Shown here one piece after another: positions 12,365 to 22,306 of a stretch of 64,000 nucleotides of DNA. The notes beneath the pieces are model-generated. The model saw only the letters and a list, made by a program, of their open reading frames with translations. It did not search any database and was not told where the DNA came from. A program made the translations under genes and the position numbers. Source of the DNA: an uncultured cyanobacterium (GTDB taxonomy: Bacteria > Cyanobacteriota > Cyanobacteriia > Cyanobacteriales > Nostocaceae); assembly GCA_963706595.1 (NCBI GenBank), contig OY970166.1, positions 3,232,001 to 3,296,000 of the forward strand. Direction: 5' to 3'. How positions within the stretch are numbered: the first letter of the stretch is position 1; each line of letters begins with the position of its first letter.

Positions 12365-12402
12365 GGGGAGTAGGGAATGGGGAGTGGGGAGTGGGGAGTG
12401 GG
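12365..12402. repeat. STRR-type (GGGGAGT)n tract
   Basis: About 5 imperfect copies; same family at about 22087-22118 and, inverted, 30376-30414. Confidence 0.85.
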
Positions 12403-12769
12403 TTAAAACCCGAATGGTGTCTAAGTTTGATTATCCCTTTATGTTTTACCATGCAGCTTCTGGTGGTTATTGTCTCTCCAGCCAAAAAACTAAGTAGCTG
12501 CAATTTGTGGTTTTATTTTCCGGGTGTTTCATGAACTAAAAGAACATATAACTAGGGTTAAAAAAAGATTTCCCATACTTACGAAGTAAAACTGCTTTTT
12601 GCCAAAATACGAAGGTTATTAATTTTTATCATCCAAAGAATTAGTAACCTTTTCATCAAATATGATTTGACATCAGAATGCAACAGCATCTGGTGAAAAA
12701 TCTGATGTTCATTGCATCTGGGCTTTGTAAGTAAATTTTTATTTTAATAATTGTCGTGTAAAAAAAGCC

Positions 12770-15700
12770 TTGTCAAAAGTTGATGGAGATATGAAAAACA
12801 ATACCACAAATCAACAATCTCCTACTCCAGCAGCTTCTATCCTCCAACTTTTACAGATAGTTGCGGGGGATACAAGTTTAGGATCAGACTTTAGCCAAGC
12901 TTGGGTAATTCAAGAATTTCAACCAGGAGAGGATCTGAATGGAGACACTGAAGATACCAACAATTTCCTATATTTAATCTGTCAGGGACAAGTGCGCTTG
13001 TGGGGTTTTGATGCAACTCTGGGGCGGAAAGTTTCTACACAATTGCTATTAGCAGCCCAAACTTTTGGCGGAGAACATTTATTTTGTCATCAAACTTTAC
13101 CATATCGCGCGATCGCAGCTACTGCTGGCTGTGTAGCGAAAATAGCTATTGCTGACCTCAAACAATGGTTAGACTGTATACCTAATCTCGAAAGTGACTT
13201 ACAGCTATTCACTTATCAGCAGCAAGCACTGATATTTTTTCAAACATATACTGAGTGGCGTTCCCTCACCGGTGCCACTGCTGAAGAATTGCTATCCTAC
13301 CTTGTAGCCCTAAAAATTACGGCTGGTTCCTCCTTACGAGAAGCAACAGCGCCAACACAAGGACATTTTTGGTTGGCGGGGGGTAAAATTGACAACTCAC
13401 AACAGATAGGAGATAGCTGGGTATATCCTGATGTCACACCTAATGATGGCATTGCCCAAACCGATTTGTTAGTCTACCACCTGTCAACAGAAGATTGGGA
13501 ATCGCTCAGAGCAATTGCCCCTGAAAAGCCGGAAACAGAAAAACAGAGCAATTCACATCTCATCCAAATACCGCTTCCTGTTCCCCAGAGTCCCGCACAG
13601 TTAAATCATGTCGATACCTCAGAAGTAGCAAATATTGATTTTCCTCCAGAGGGAAACCCGCAAAAATCAAGGGCTAAATTATGGACTCACTATCCGTTTA
13701 TTCAACAACAAACTGGGTCAGATAGTGGTGCAGCTTGTTTAGCAATGGTTAGCCAATATTGGGGTAAGCGGTTGGGAATCTACACCCTGCGAAATTTAGC
13801 GCAAGTAGACCGCATGGGTGCGTCTCTCCACGGTTTAGCCGCAGCCGCCGATAACTTGGGTTACGATGTGGTAGCAGAGCGAACCAGTTGGGATAAATTA
13901 GATACTTATAAAAATCCTTGGCTTGCCCAGTGGCCAGAAATGCACTATGTTGTGGTTTGGCAAGTTAAAGGTTCGCGCCTCTTAATTTCTGACCCAGCCA
14001 TAGGTAAGCGGTGGCTGTCACTGGCAGAATTTACAGATAATTGGACAGGATACGCTTTATTTTTAAACCCTACTCAGCGTTTTTATACCCTCAAGAGCAA
14101 CAAAGTTGCTCTCAAACGTTATTGGGATACATTGGGGAATTACCGAAAATTACTCGCTCAAATTATTCTCGCCTCAATGTTGGTGCAAGTAATTGGGCTA
14201 GCGACTCCCCTATTTACCCAGGTGGTCATTGACCAAGTAATGCCCCTGAAAGATTTTGATACCTTAAATATTTTTGTTGTCAGCTTCCTGAGCTTGGGTA
14301 TTTGGCGCACTGTCTTAATCACACAGCGTCAATACCTTTTGGAGTATATTGCTAATCGTATCGACATTCACTTGATTAGTCGTTTCATTAACTATACGTT
14401 GCAGTTGCCGTTACAGTTTTTTGCATCGCGTCAAGTCGAAGAGATGATCAACCGCGTTCAGGAAAATAGCAAAATTCAACTGTTTCTGACTCGTCAAGCT
14501 GTTAGTGGCACTATAGACACCTTCATGGTGGTGATTTATTTGGGGCTAATGGCTGCTTACAATTGGCAACTAACTTTTCTGGTGTTGCTTTGGATGTTAT
14601 TCATTGTCATTGTCAGTATAGTTTCCAGTCCATTCCTCAAAAAAGCGTCGTGGGAAATTTTCACCGCATCAGTGGGACAAAACTCTGCCATCAGCGAAAT
14701 GTTTACTGGTATTGTCACAGTCAAAACCGCAGCTGCTGAATATCCAGTGCAGATGCATTGGGAGCAGCGTTTTGAGAAGATGTTGAAAGTGCGGCGGCGC
14801 GGGCGGAAGTTGGCGAGTAATTTACAACTCATCAGGAGTGCGATTCATCATCTGGGTAGCACAGCTATTTTGTGGCTGGGGGTAAATCTGGTGATTAGTC
14901 AACAGATGTCACTGGGTAGATTTGTGGCTTTTAATCTGCTTGCGAGTCAGATTAGCATCGCAGTTTTAGCATTGGTGCAGTTGTGGGATGAGTTCCCAGA
15001 AATACAGGATGCTGTGGAAAGGTTAGAAGATGTTTTCGCTACCCAACCAGAAGAAAATTCCCAAATACCGCTCCCTGTAATGCCTCCGATGCGGGGGGAA
15101 GTGCATTTTGATCATGTTTCCTTTGGTTATCACCCCGATGAAGACGGCGAGACTTTGCAAAATATCTGTTTTAAGGTGAAACCACAGCAGACTATTGGCA
15201 TTATCGGTGAGAGTGGTTCGGGTAAAAGTACTTTAGTGAATTTGCTGGCTGGTTTATATCGCCCCGACACAGGGCAGATTTTGATTGATGGACAAGATAT
15301 TTCTTTAGTTTCGCCCCAATCGTTGCGGAGTCAGTTGGGTTTTGTGCCACAGGAATGTTTTCTGTTTTCTGGAACTATTTTAGAAAATATCACCCTGTAC
15401 AATTCCGAGTTTACTACAGAGCAGGCGATCGCATCTGCCCAGTTAGCAGAAGCACACAACTTTATTCAAGCATTACCTTTGGGGTACAATACCCAAGTCG
15501 GAGCCACAGGTGTCAAGCTATCTGCTGGACAAAAACAAAAAATTGCGATCGCTCGCGCCTTGATTAGGAACCCAGCGATATTAATTTTGGATGAAGCAAC
15601 TAACGCCCTGGATGCTGAATCAGAATGGCGCTTTCAGCAAAACTTAATTCAGATCAGCGAATATCCTACCACTTTTATTATCTCTCACCGTTTATCTAGT

Positions 15701-15826
15701 GTGCGTCACGCCGACTGCATACTTGTTCTAGACAGAGGTGTGCTGCTTGAACAAGGTACTCACCAGGAATTAATGGCAAAAGCTGGACTTTATCGCCACT
15801 TAGCCCAACTGCAATTACAACTATAA
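12770..15826 (+). CDS. hetC: HetC, peptidase-domain ABC exporter for heterocyst differentiation
   Basis: cNMP-like N-terminus (LYLICQGQVRL..VSTQLLLA), C39-like domain, TM domain, ATPase (GESGSGKST, LDEAT); resembles Anabaena HetC from recall; lies upstream of hetP. Start may be the ATG at 12791. Confidence 0.85.
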   Translation: MSKVDGDMKNNTTNQQSPTPAASILQLLQIVAGDTSLGSDFSQAWVIQEFQPGEDLNGDTEDTNNFLYLICQGQVRLWGFDATLGRKVSTQLLLAAQTFGGEHLFCHQTLPYRAIAATAGCVAKIAIADLKQWLDCIPNLESDLQLFTYQQQALIFFQTYTEWRSLTGATAEELLSYLVALKITAGSSLREATAPTQGHFWLAGGKIDNSQQIGDSWVYPDVTPNDGIAQTDLLVYHLSTEDWESLRAIAPEKPETEKQSNSHLIQIPLPVPQSPAQLNHVDTSEVANIDFPPEGNPQKSRAKLWTHYPFIQQQTGSDSGAACLAMVSQYWGKRLGIYTLRNLAQVDRMGASLHGLAAAADNLGYDVVAERTSWDKLDTYKNPWLAQWPEMHYVVVWQVKGSRLLISDPAIGKRWLSLAEFTDNWTGYALFLNPTQRFYTLKSNKVALKRYWDTLGNYRKLLAQIILASMLVQVIGLATPLFTQVVIDQVMPLKDFDTLNIFVVSFLSLGIWRTVLITQRQYLLEYIANRIDIHLISRFINYTLQLPLQFFASRQVEEMINRVQENSKIQLFLTRQAVSGTIDTFMVVIYLGLMAAYNWQLTFLVLLWMLFIVIVSIVSSPFLKKASWEIFTASVGQNSAISEMFTGIVTVKTAAAEYPVQMHWEQRFEKMLKVRRRGRKLASNLQLIRSAIHHLGSTAILWLGVNLVISQQMSLGRFVAFNLLASQISIAVLALVQLWDEFPEIQDAVERLEDVFATQPEENSQIPLPVMPPMRGEVHFDHVSFGYHPDEDGETLQNICFKVKPQQTIGIIGESGSGKSTLVNLLAGLYRPDTGQILIDGQDISLVSPQSLRSQLGFVPQECFLFSGTILENITLYNSEFTTEQAIASAQLAEAHNFIQALPLGYNTQVGATGVKLSAGQKQKIAIARALIRNPAILILDEATNALDAESEWRFQQNLIQISEYPTTFIISHRLSSVRHADCILVLDRGVLLEQGTHQELMAKAGLYRHLAQLQLQL

Positions 15827-15847
15827 TCCCCAGACTGACGATTTTTT

Positions 15848-15876
15848 TCCGGATTAACTTTAGTAACGTACTCTAC
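15848..15876. promoter_or_regulatory. Possible DIF1 motif (TCCGGA) plus NtcA box (GTA-N8-TAC)
   Basis: TCCGGA at 15848-15853 and GTAACGTACTCTAC at 15863-15876, just downstream of the hetC stop. Confidence 0.4.
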
Positions 15877-16328
15877 AAAATAAACTGCGCTGATTTTTTG
15901 AATTACATCAATAGTTTTCAGACAAAACCTGCTACATCATACTTTTAGAACATCCTCAAAAGGATGTTTGATTTTAGGCAGCTTCAAAATATTTAAAAAT
16001 TTTATAAATAATACCATGAAGCATTAATAAGTACAAATTATTCTTTGTAATTACTTGCTTAAGCTCAGAAAAATAAATGATGATTTTCTGTAACTTTATC
16101 AGGTGTATTTTGCCTAAAAACAGTTCATAACCAGCTATTTTGGTCATTTATCGGAAATAAAATATTGCAAATAGATAGGAATTATTGGCAATAATTAAAT
16201 CTTCATCAGATATTTTTGGTTTTTTGATGTTGTTTACATGGCTTTAATTATCAGTTGTTTATGAATCTATTTAGTGGTAAATTTTCTAGTACGCTGATAA
16301 ATAAACAAGTCTCAAATGTGTTACAAGC

Positions 16329-16345
16329 GAGGGGTTCGACCCCCC
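16329..16345. promoter_or_regulatory. HetR-binding inverted repeat upstream of hetP
   Basis: GAGGGGTTCGACCCCCC resembles the Anabaena hetP HetR box (recalled as GAGGGGTCTAACCCCTC) and sits in the hetC-hetP spacer. Confidence 0.75.
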
Positions 16346-17144
16346 TAGTGATTAGTAACTAAATAGCATAAAATGAACTTACACAATACATGAGTAGAGA
16401 TGAAAACAGTCAGTAAATGTAATGATATATCTCCTGAAATCAGAGATGACATTAATAGGAAAAAGTAGTATAATTACTAAAAGTGTTCTTACTTAATGTA
16501 CTCATCCAAGTAGTTCACTTTTAAAATAATTAACTAAATTTTAAAAAATGCTCTTAACTTGAGAGCAGAAAAAATATACAAAAGATTATCAGGGAAAACT
16601 AATTAAATTAGGAATTGAGACATTCAAAAGAGGTCAAAACTGCATCTACACAGCAGACAGACTTTTAATTGAAGGTCCAGCTAATGGAAAGAATCATCAG
16701 GTCAAATGCAGTCGTAACCTCAATTCAAGGGAGAAGTTTAGACATGAAACTTTATGATTTTTATTTTTACTCCTATTTAGCTTCTCAGGTGATGTCAACT
16801 GATAGCAGTCTTGTCGCCCCAATAAAAACGAATTTACTAAAAATAAATATCCTGGTGTGTCTCTGGCCGCAACCTTTAATATTTTGGCTCTTAGTTTTCA
16901 AATCTGAAGCTAAAACTCTCCTAAACTTTGTCTCAGTCCAACTCAATAGATATCTGGTGGACAAGAATGTAGAGACGTTCCATGGAAGGTCTCTACAAAG
17001 ATTCTAAGAAACGTTTGTATTTACCTGTGAATAAAATTCTTATTCCCTCAATCATCAGCCGCACAACTAACGAGTAGCTGTAATTCAACTTTTACACCAA
17101 AAAACAACGAACCTAGACTAGTCTCATCAAGGATAACTAACACT

Positions 17145-17507
17145 ATGAATCAAAATATTCCTGGAATTAGTAGCAACTTCAATAAAGCAGTAAATCCGCA
17201 ACAATTCGATCAAATAGTAGAAGCAATTCTTGCTGGTAAGTATTCCTGGGCGTGTGTTTTAATGCTACGCATAGTTGGTTACAATCCTTTACATTACATT
17301 CCCTATCGCACTTATAATCGATTGTTGAAAGACAATACTCAAGTTAGCAGAGCGCAGCAACAACATAATCAAAATATGCAAGCTGCTAAACCATCAATGA
17401 ATACTAATGCTTCAGCCAGTTGTTTAAGTAAAATTAAAGACCTTGCTTATTTGGAAGTCGTGGGAAAGCAAACAAATAATCTTCGTGGTGGCGGTTTAGA
17501 TAATTAG
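17145..17507 (+). CDS. hetP: Heterocyst commitment protein HetP
   Basis: [41 protein letters not shown] signature; [15 protein letters not shown]; follows hetC. Confidence 0.92.
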   Translation: MNQNIPGISSNFNKAVNPQQFDQIVEAILAGKYSWACVLMLRIVGYNPLHYIPYRTYNRLLKDNTQVSRAQQQHNQNMQAAKPSMNTNASASCLSKIKDLAYLEVVGKQTNNLRGGGLDN

Positions 17508-17533
17508 TTGATTTCATATAAGATTCACAATAA

Positions 17534-17574
17534 ATGGCTCTATCCCTACCTTGAGGAATAGAGCCATATTTTTT
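17534..17574 (+). terminator. Intrinsic terminator after hetP
   Basis: Stem ATGGCTCTAT / ATAGAGCCAT followed by a T-run. Confidence 0.65.
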
Positions 17575-18315
17575 AGTTTCTGATGGTGTGTGTTATTTAA
17601 CATATCTCTCTGCACGTCAGTAAACCTAGTTGATAACAATAAAATTGATCAATAAAAACTGCCAAAATGGCAAATATTGACCGACAAAATCCTATACATT
17701 AGAGATAACTACTAAACACGAGGTGATTCAATAAAAATTCATTTACAAAAATCACATCAATGAATATCTGACTATGAATCATATCGAACTGACTGTTGTT
17801 GCTGAAGCAGTCAGGATCTCAGGGAGTAAATAACTCCTTAACCAAAACTGACGATTCCAGCGTTACTATTGGTGGTTCTTTTTTCCAGGAAGTCTGAGCA
17901 AAGAAAATTCAGAATAGCGTCTCCCCGTAATTTTAAATTTTAATGCCTGGTATTCAGTCTCTAGACGTGGAGAAACTGAATAAAGCTTCTTGACTGAATT
18001 TGATGTTATCTGGCTCTAAATAAAGTGATATTTAGCATCATGTCCAGTAGTGAAAAGAGAAAAAGTAAAGTTTCAATCGTAGTTATGGCTCAATATGATT
18101 CAGTTAACAGTAGATGAGGTTTAAAATAACCAAATCAAACAATTAAACATCTTAATTTATCGGCGTTTATCGGCGGGTAATTATTCCTATCGGAACCACA
18201 TAGGGTGATAGCTGATAGATTTTATAGCTCTAACGCTTTTTTTCCAAAAATATAATCCTTTTTCTCCCAAACAGGATTATTTCTGCTTTATAAGTTAAAA
18301 ATTTATACAGCAACT

Positions 18316-18351
18316 ACTGGAAGCTCGAAATGAGTAGCTTCCAGTTTTTTT
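18316..18351 (+). terminator. Intrinsic terminator-like hairpin
   Basis: ACTGGAAGCT..AGCTTCCAGT followed by a T-run. Confidence 0.6.
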
Positions 18352-18634
18352 ATCTTGATTCAATCAACCAAATATCTTTCAAACGCTCAAATAGCAGCAT
18401 TATTAAGGCTTTGGTTTTGTACTCTACCCGCTTACACACCCTACTGGACTGGCAAGCCTAAAACAGTATATTGGCGTGACAAGCTTAAAATAGTGCATTA
18501 CGAAAAAGGCATAAGTATTGATTTATCTTGATTTTCTCAAAAATCTATTGCAACATTTTAGCCTTGTCACGCCAGTAGTGGCGTGGCAAGCTTAAAATGT
18601 TGCAAAAACAAATTAACACGATACACCAAAAGGA

Positions 18635-21292
18635 TTAAATATTTGCTTGTTGGCGTTGATATAGTGACCAGTACAAACCTTTTTGTTGTAACAAATCTAA
18701 GTGAGTACCGCGTTCAGCAATTACGCCTCGTTCTAAAACTAAAATCATGTCAGCACGTTTGAGGGGAGCGAAACGGTGAGCAATTAAAAACACAGTCCGG
18801 TGAGATGAAACCTTTTGTAAGTTTTGCAAAACTTGCTGTTCTGTTTCAGAATCTAAGGCGCTGGTAGCTTCATCTAAAACTAAAATTGGGGCTTGGGAAA
18901 GAAATAATCTGGCTAAGGCGATGCGTTGTCTTTGTCCACCAGATAGGGCTGTTCCTCTTTCTCCGACGTTGGTTTCGTAACCGTAGGGTAATTGACTAAT
19001 AAAGTCGTGGGCTACAGCTAGTCTGGCAGCTTCTACTACTTGTTCTGCACCAATATCAGGATTACCGAGGGTGATATTTTCCAAGACAGTACCATTAAAT
19101 AAGAAGTCTTCTTGGAGAACTACGCTAATTTGTTGCCGCAGTGAGGCTAAATCAGCACTTTTAATATCAAATCCATCAATTAAAATCCGACCTGATTCAA
19201 TTTGATAGAGGCGTTGTAACAGCTTAGAAAGGGTACTTTTACCAGAACCACTGCGGCCAACTATTCCCACGAATTGCCCCGGTTCCACGTCAAAAGAGAT
19301 ACCTTTGAGGACAGGTTCAATGTGTGGTTGGTAACGGAAAAAGATTTGCTCGAAGGTGACTTGACCTTTTAGAGATGGTAAAACTAAGCCTGTACCTAAT
19401 TCTGCTTCTGGGGCGATGTTGAGAATATCACCAATCCGGTCTACAGAAAGTAGAACTTGTTGCAGATTTTGCCATAGTTGCACTAGACGCAAGAGTGGTC
19501 CGGTAACTCTTCCCGATAGCATTTGAAAGGCGACAAGTTGCCCAATGGTTAAGTTTTGCTCAATCACTAATTTGGCTCCAAACCAGAGAATCAGTAAGGA
19601 GGAAAAGTTGGTGAGAAAGTTACCGATATTACTGCTAATGTTAGAAGTGGTGGAAGCTTTAAAACCTGTACGCACAAACCGAGCAAATAATCCTTCCCAG
19701 CGATCGCGTGCTACTGGTTCGGCTGCATGGGCTTTAACTGAGTGTATCCCTGAAACTGTCTCTACCAGAAATGATTGACTATCGGCACTGCGATTAAAGG
19801 TTTCGTTGAGCCACTTACGCAGAATTGGTGTAGAAATAATTGTCAACGCTGCAAATAACGGCAACACCGCTAAAGCTACAAAGGTGAGTTGGACGTTGTA
19901 GTAAAACATCAATACCAAGTACACCACAGCAAAAATACTGTCTAGAATTACAGTTAATGCTGTCCCGGTGAGAAACTGGCGGATTTGTTCCAGTTCTTGA
20001 ACTCTGGCGATGGTGTCTCCCACACGCCGAGACTCAAAGTAAGCTAAAGGTAAACGCATCAGATGGCGGAATAGTTGCGCCGATAAGCTTAAATCTAAAC
20101 GCCGGGCGGTATGAGTGAAGATAAATAGCCGCAGTATACCCAGTATAGATTCAAATGCGGCGATCATTAAGAGTGCGATCGCCATGACATCAAGAGTGGG
20201 CAAACTCTGCTGCACCATCACTTTGTCAATCACAACTTGAGTAATCAGTGGTGTCCCCAAACCCAGAAGCTGCAACGTAAAAGACGCTAATAATACTTCT
20301 CCTAGCAGTTTCCGATATTTCCAAACTGCGGGGGTGAACCAACCCAGGTTAAATGTGTCTTGTTTCGATACCAGTTCAACTTGCCAGACTCTACCATCCC
20401 AGGCAGACTCAACCACGGATTGAGGTAAACTTTCACAAGCATAATCATCATTAAGGGGATTAGCAATAATCAGGTTAGACCCTTGCACTCCATAGGCTAC
20501 CACCCAGGAAGCTGGCGGTGATGAATCTAATTGCCATTGAAGTATTAAGGGAAACGTTAACTGCCGCAAATCCGCCCAACTAACTTGCAACTTCCGCAAC
20601 ACCAAGCCTAACTTTTCCCCTGCTTCCACCAGATGTTTCGGGCTTTGTCCCCGTAGTTGGCGTTGCACCCATTCCAAGTTCACCGGATGTTCTAAGTGTT
20701 GCGCCACCATTGTTAAGCAAGCCGCACCTGTATTCCAATTAGAAACGAAGGGATAACCAGATTTGACTACAGTTGCGGATGGGAGAGGTTTCTGTATTTC
20801 CTTGATTTCTGGGCTTATTTCTTTACTCTCCCCCGTTTTATGGTGTTCCTGGGCAGTTAACCAAAACTCGTCTAATTGGGGAGTGGAAAACTCTGCCCAC
20901 AGCGCCGTATTCCAACACACTACTACTACTTCTTTGCTAGCAGCTACGGCTTTGCAATCCACAGTTAGATGATATAAGTCGCCAAACCAATCCCCTGCTT
21001 GTAGCGCTGCTAAAGGCTTACCCTCTCCTTCTGACCGCAACCGGACTTTACCAGTAAAAATCCAAAACTGCTCACCGGCGGCTGCGGTTGACCAAATTTT
21101 TTCTCCTAGACTATACTGACGGATTTCCGCCTGATTTTGCAATTGAGATTGTTGTTCATTCGTCAGCCAAGATAAGGGCGGTTGATTCCAAGGTATGGAA
21201 GCGAGGGCGTTTACTTGTAGAGATTGATTATTCAGAACTTTTAGCTCATTTGTAGTTTGACCGTCAGCTTTTGAATTTTCTCGACTAGCCAT
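18635..21292 (-). CDS. Type I secretion ABC transporter (HlyB-like) with cNMP-like and degenerate C39-like domains
   Basis: NTGAACLTM (no Cys at the catalytic position), TM region, GRSGSGKST, LSGGQ, LDEAT. Confidence 0.9.
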   Translation of the reverse strand: MASRENSKADGQTTNELKVLNNQSLQVNALASIPWNQPPLSWLTNEQQSQLQNQAEIRQYSLGEKIWSTAAAGEQFWIFTGKVRLRSEGEGKPLAALQAGDWFGDLYHLTVDCKAVAASKEVVVVCWNTALWAEFSTPQLDEFWLTAQEHHKTGESKEISPEIKEIQKPLPSATVVKSGYPFVSNWNTGAACLTMVAQHLEHPVNLEWVQRQLRGQSPKHLVEAGEKLGLVLRKLQVSWADLRQLTFPLILQWQLDSSPPASWVVAYGVQGSNLIIANPLNDDYACESLPQSVVESAWDGRVWQVELVSKQDTFNLGWFTPAVWKYRKLLGEVLLASFTLQLLGLGTPLITQVVIDKVMVQQSLPTLDVMAIALLMIAAFESILGILRLFIFTHTARRLDLSLSAQLFRHLMRLPLAYFESRRVGDTIARVQELEQIRQFLTGTALTVILDSIFAVVYLVLMFYYNVQLTFVALAVLPLFAALTIISTPILRKWLNETFNRSADSQSFLVETVSGIHSVKAHAAEPVARDRWEGLFARFVRTGFKASTTSNISSNIGNFLTNFSSLLILWFGAKLVIEQNLTIGQLVAFQMLSGRVTGPLLRLVQLWQNLQQVLLSVDRIGDILNIAPEAELGTGLVLPSLKGQVTFEQIFFRYQPHIEPVLKGISFDVEPGQFVGIVGRSGSGKSTLSKLLQRLYQIESGRILIDGFDIKSADLASLRQQISVVLQEDFLFNGTVLENITLGNPDIGAEQVVEAARLAVAHDFISQLPYGYETNVGERGTALSGGQRQRIALARLFLSQAPILVLDEATSALDSETEQQVLQNLQKVSSHRTVFLIAHRFAPLKRADMILVLERGVIAERGTHLDLLQQKGLYWSLYQRQQANI

Positions 21293-21999
21293 TTCTCAAA
21301 TAATTCATTTTGTAGTGCTTGTTGGAGTTGTATATCTTCTAAAGACGCTGGCAAAAATTGTTCTACGCGAAATAAGCCATAACGTCCTTCGATTTCTATA
21401 GGGCCGACAACTTGACCAGGATTAGCTATATCAATAACTGCTCTCAATTGATCTGGCATTGTGCCTCGGCTGACTGGCCCCATCATGCCGTTGACCATTC
21501 GATCCTCTGACAAGGAATATTCTTTAGCTAGTTGCTCAAAACTACCTCCTTCTTCAATTTGGGTATGTAGTTCTTCAGCTATTTCTCGATTGTCAACAAC
21601 AATCCGGGAAACTATCACCCGATCTAGAAAAATTTTGCGTTCAATAAAGTATTCAGAGATTTTTGGTTCTGTAATCAAAACCTTCAATTTTTCTAATTTG
21701 AAACTAAAGGCAATTGATTCGTAAAATGCCGCGTAATCTGTCACATTTTTCTGTAACCATTCTTGAAAACTTTCGGGGTCATTTAGTTGATTTTTTAAGC
21801 GGAAATCAATGATGGTCTGTTCTGTTAAAGCCGGGCTGATTTGGATGTCATCTCGCTCTTGGATTTCTTGGGAGATTACATACTGTTTGAGAATGTCGCC
21901 AATGAAGTGCGCTAATTTTCCAGAGGCTTGCAGATATTTTACTGCCTGATTTATAAATATTGGCTGGTCATTTACTGTCAAAAATGATGAAGATTCCAT
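21241..21999 (-). CDS. Parvulin-type peptidyl-prolyl isomerase
   Basis: GGSFEQLAKEYS, GMMGPV, GQVVGPI; overlaps the start of the T1SS ABC gene. Confidence 0.88.
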   Translation of the reverse strand: MESSSFLTVNDQPIFINQAVKYLQASGKLAHFIGDILKQYVISQEIQERDDIQISPALTEQTIIDFRLKNQLNDPESFQEWLQKNVTDYAAFYESIAFSFKLEKLKVLITEPKISEYFIERKIFLDRVIVSRIVVDNREIAEELHTQIEEGGSFEQLAKEYSLSEDRMVNGMMGPVSRGTMPDQLRAVIDIANPGQVVGPIEIEGRYGLFRVEQFLPASLEDIQLQQALQNELFEKWLVEKIQKLTVKLQMS

Positions 22000-22306
22000 G
22001 AACTAATCTGATAAAGAACAGCGAAAGTTTGATATTTTACAAAATATATATAGTAAGGCGCTTTGATTTTTGATAGCTTGCGTAGGTGGGGAGTGGGGAG
22101 TAGGGAGTGGGGAGTGGGAAAAAGCCATTTTGAGTTGTAAGCGCAAAGCGCAGGCTACGCCAACAGAAATCAAATAGAAGTCCTATATGAGATATATGAG
22201 CAACTTTACATTTTAGACAAGCGGAAATTTTAACCGTTGTATAGATACACGGAAGTTACACCTGAAGAGTGTTATGTAAATTTACTTGTAATTTTTGAGA
22301 AAGAAT

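Noticed and set aside
12519..12524. DIF1-like TCCGGG upstream of hetC
   Set aside because: One mismatch and an unclear -10; plausible but too weak to call. No canonical NtcA box found in this spacer.
16669..17007. 112-aa ORF as a patC-like gene
   Set aside because: TTG start, runs through a REP palindrome, and I recognise no similarity; cannot be supported without a search.
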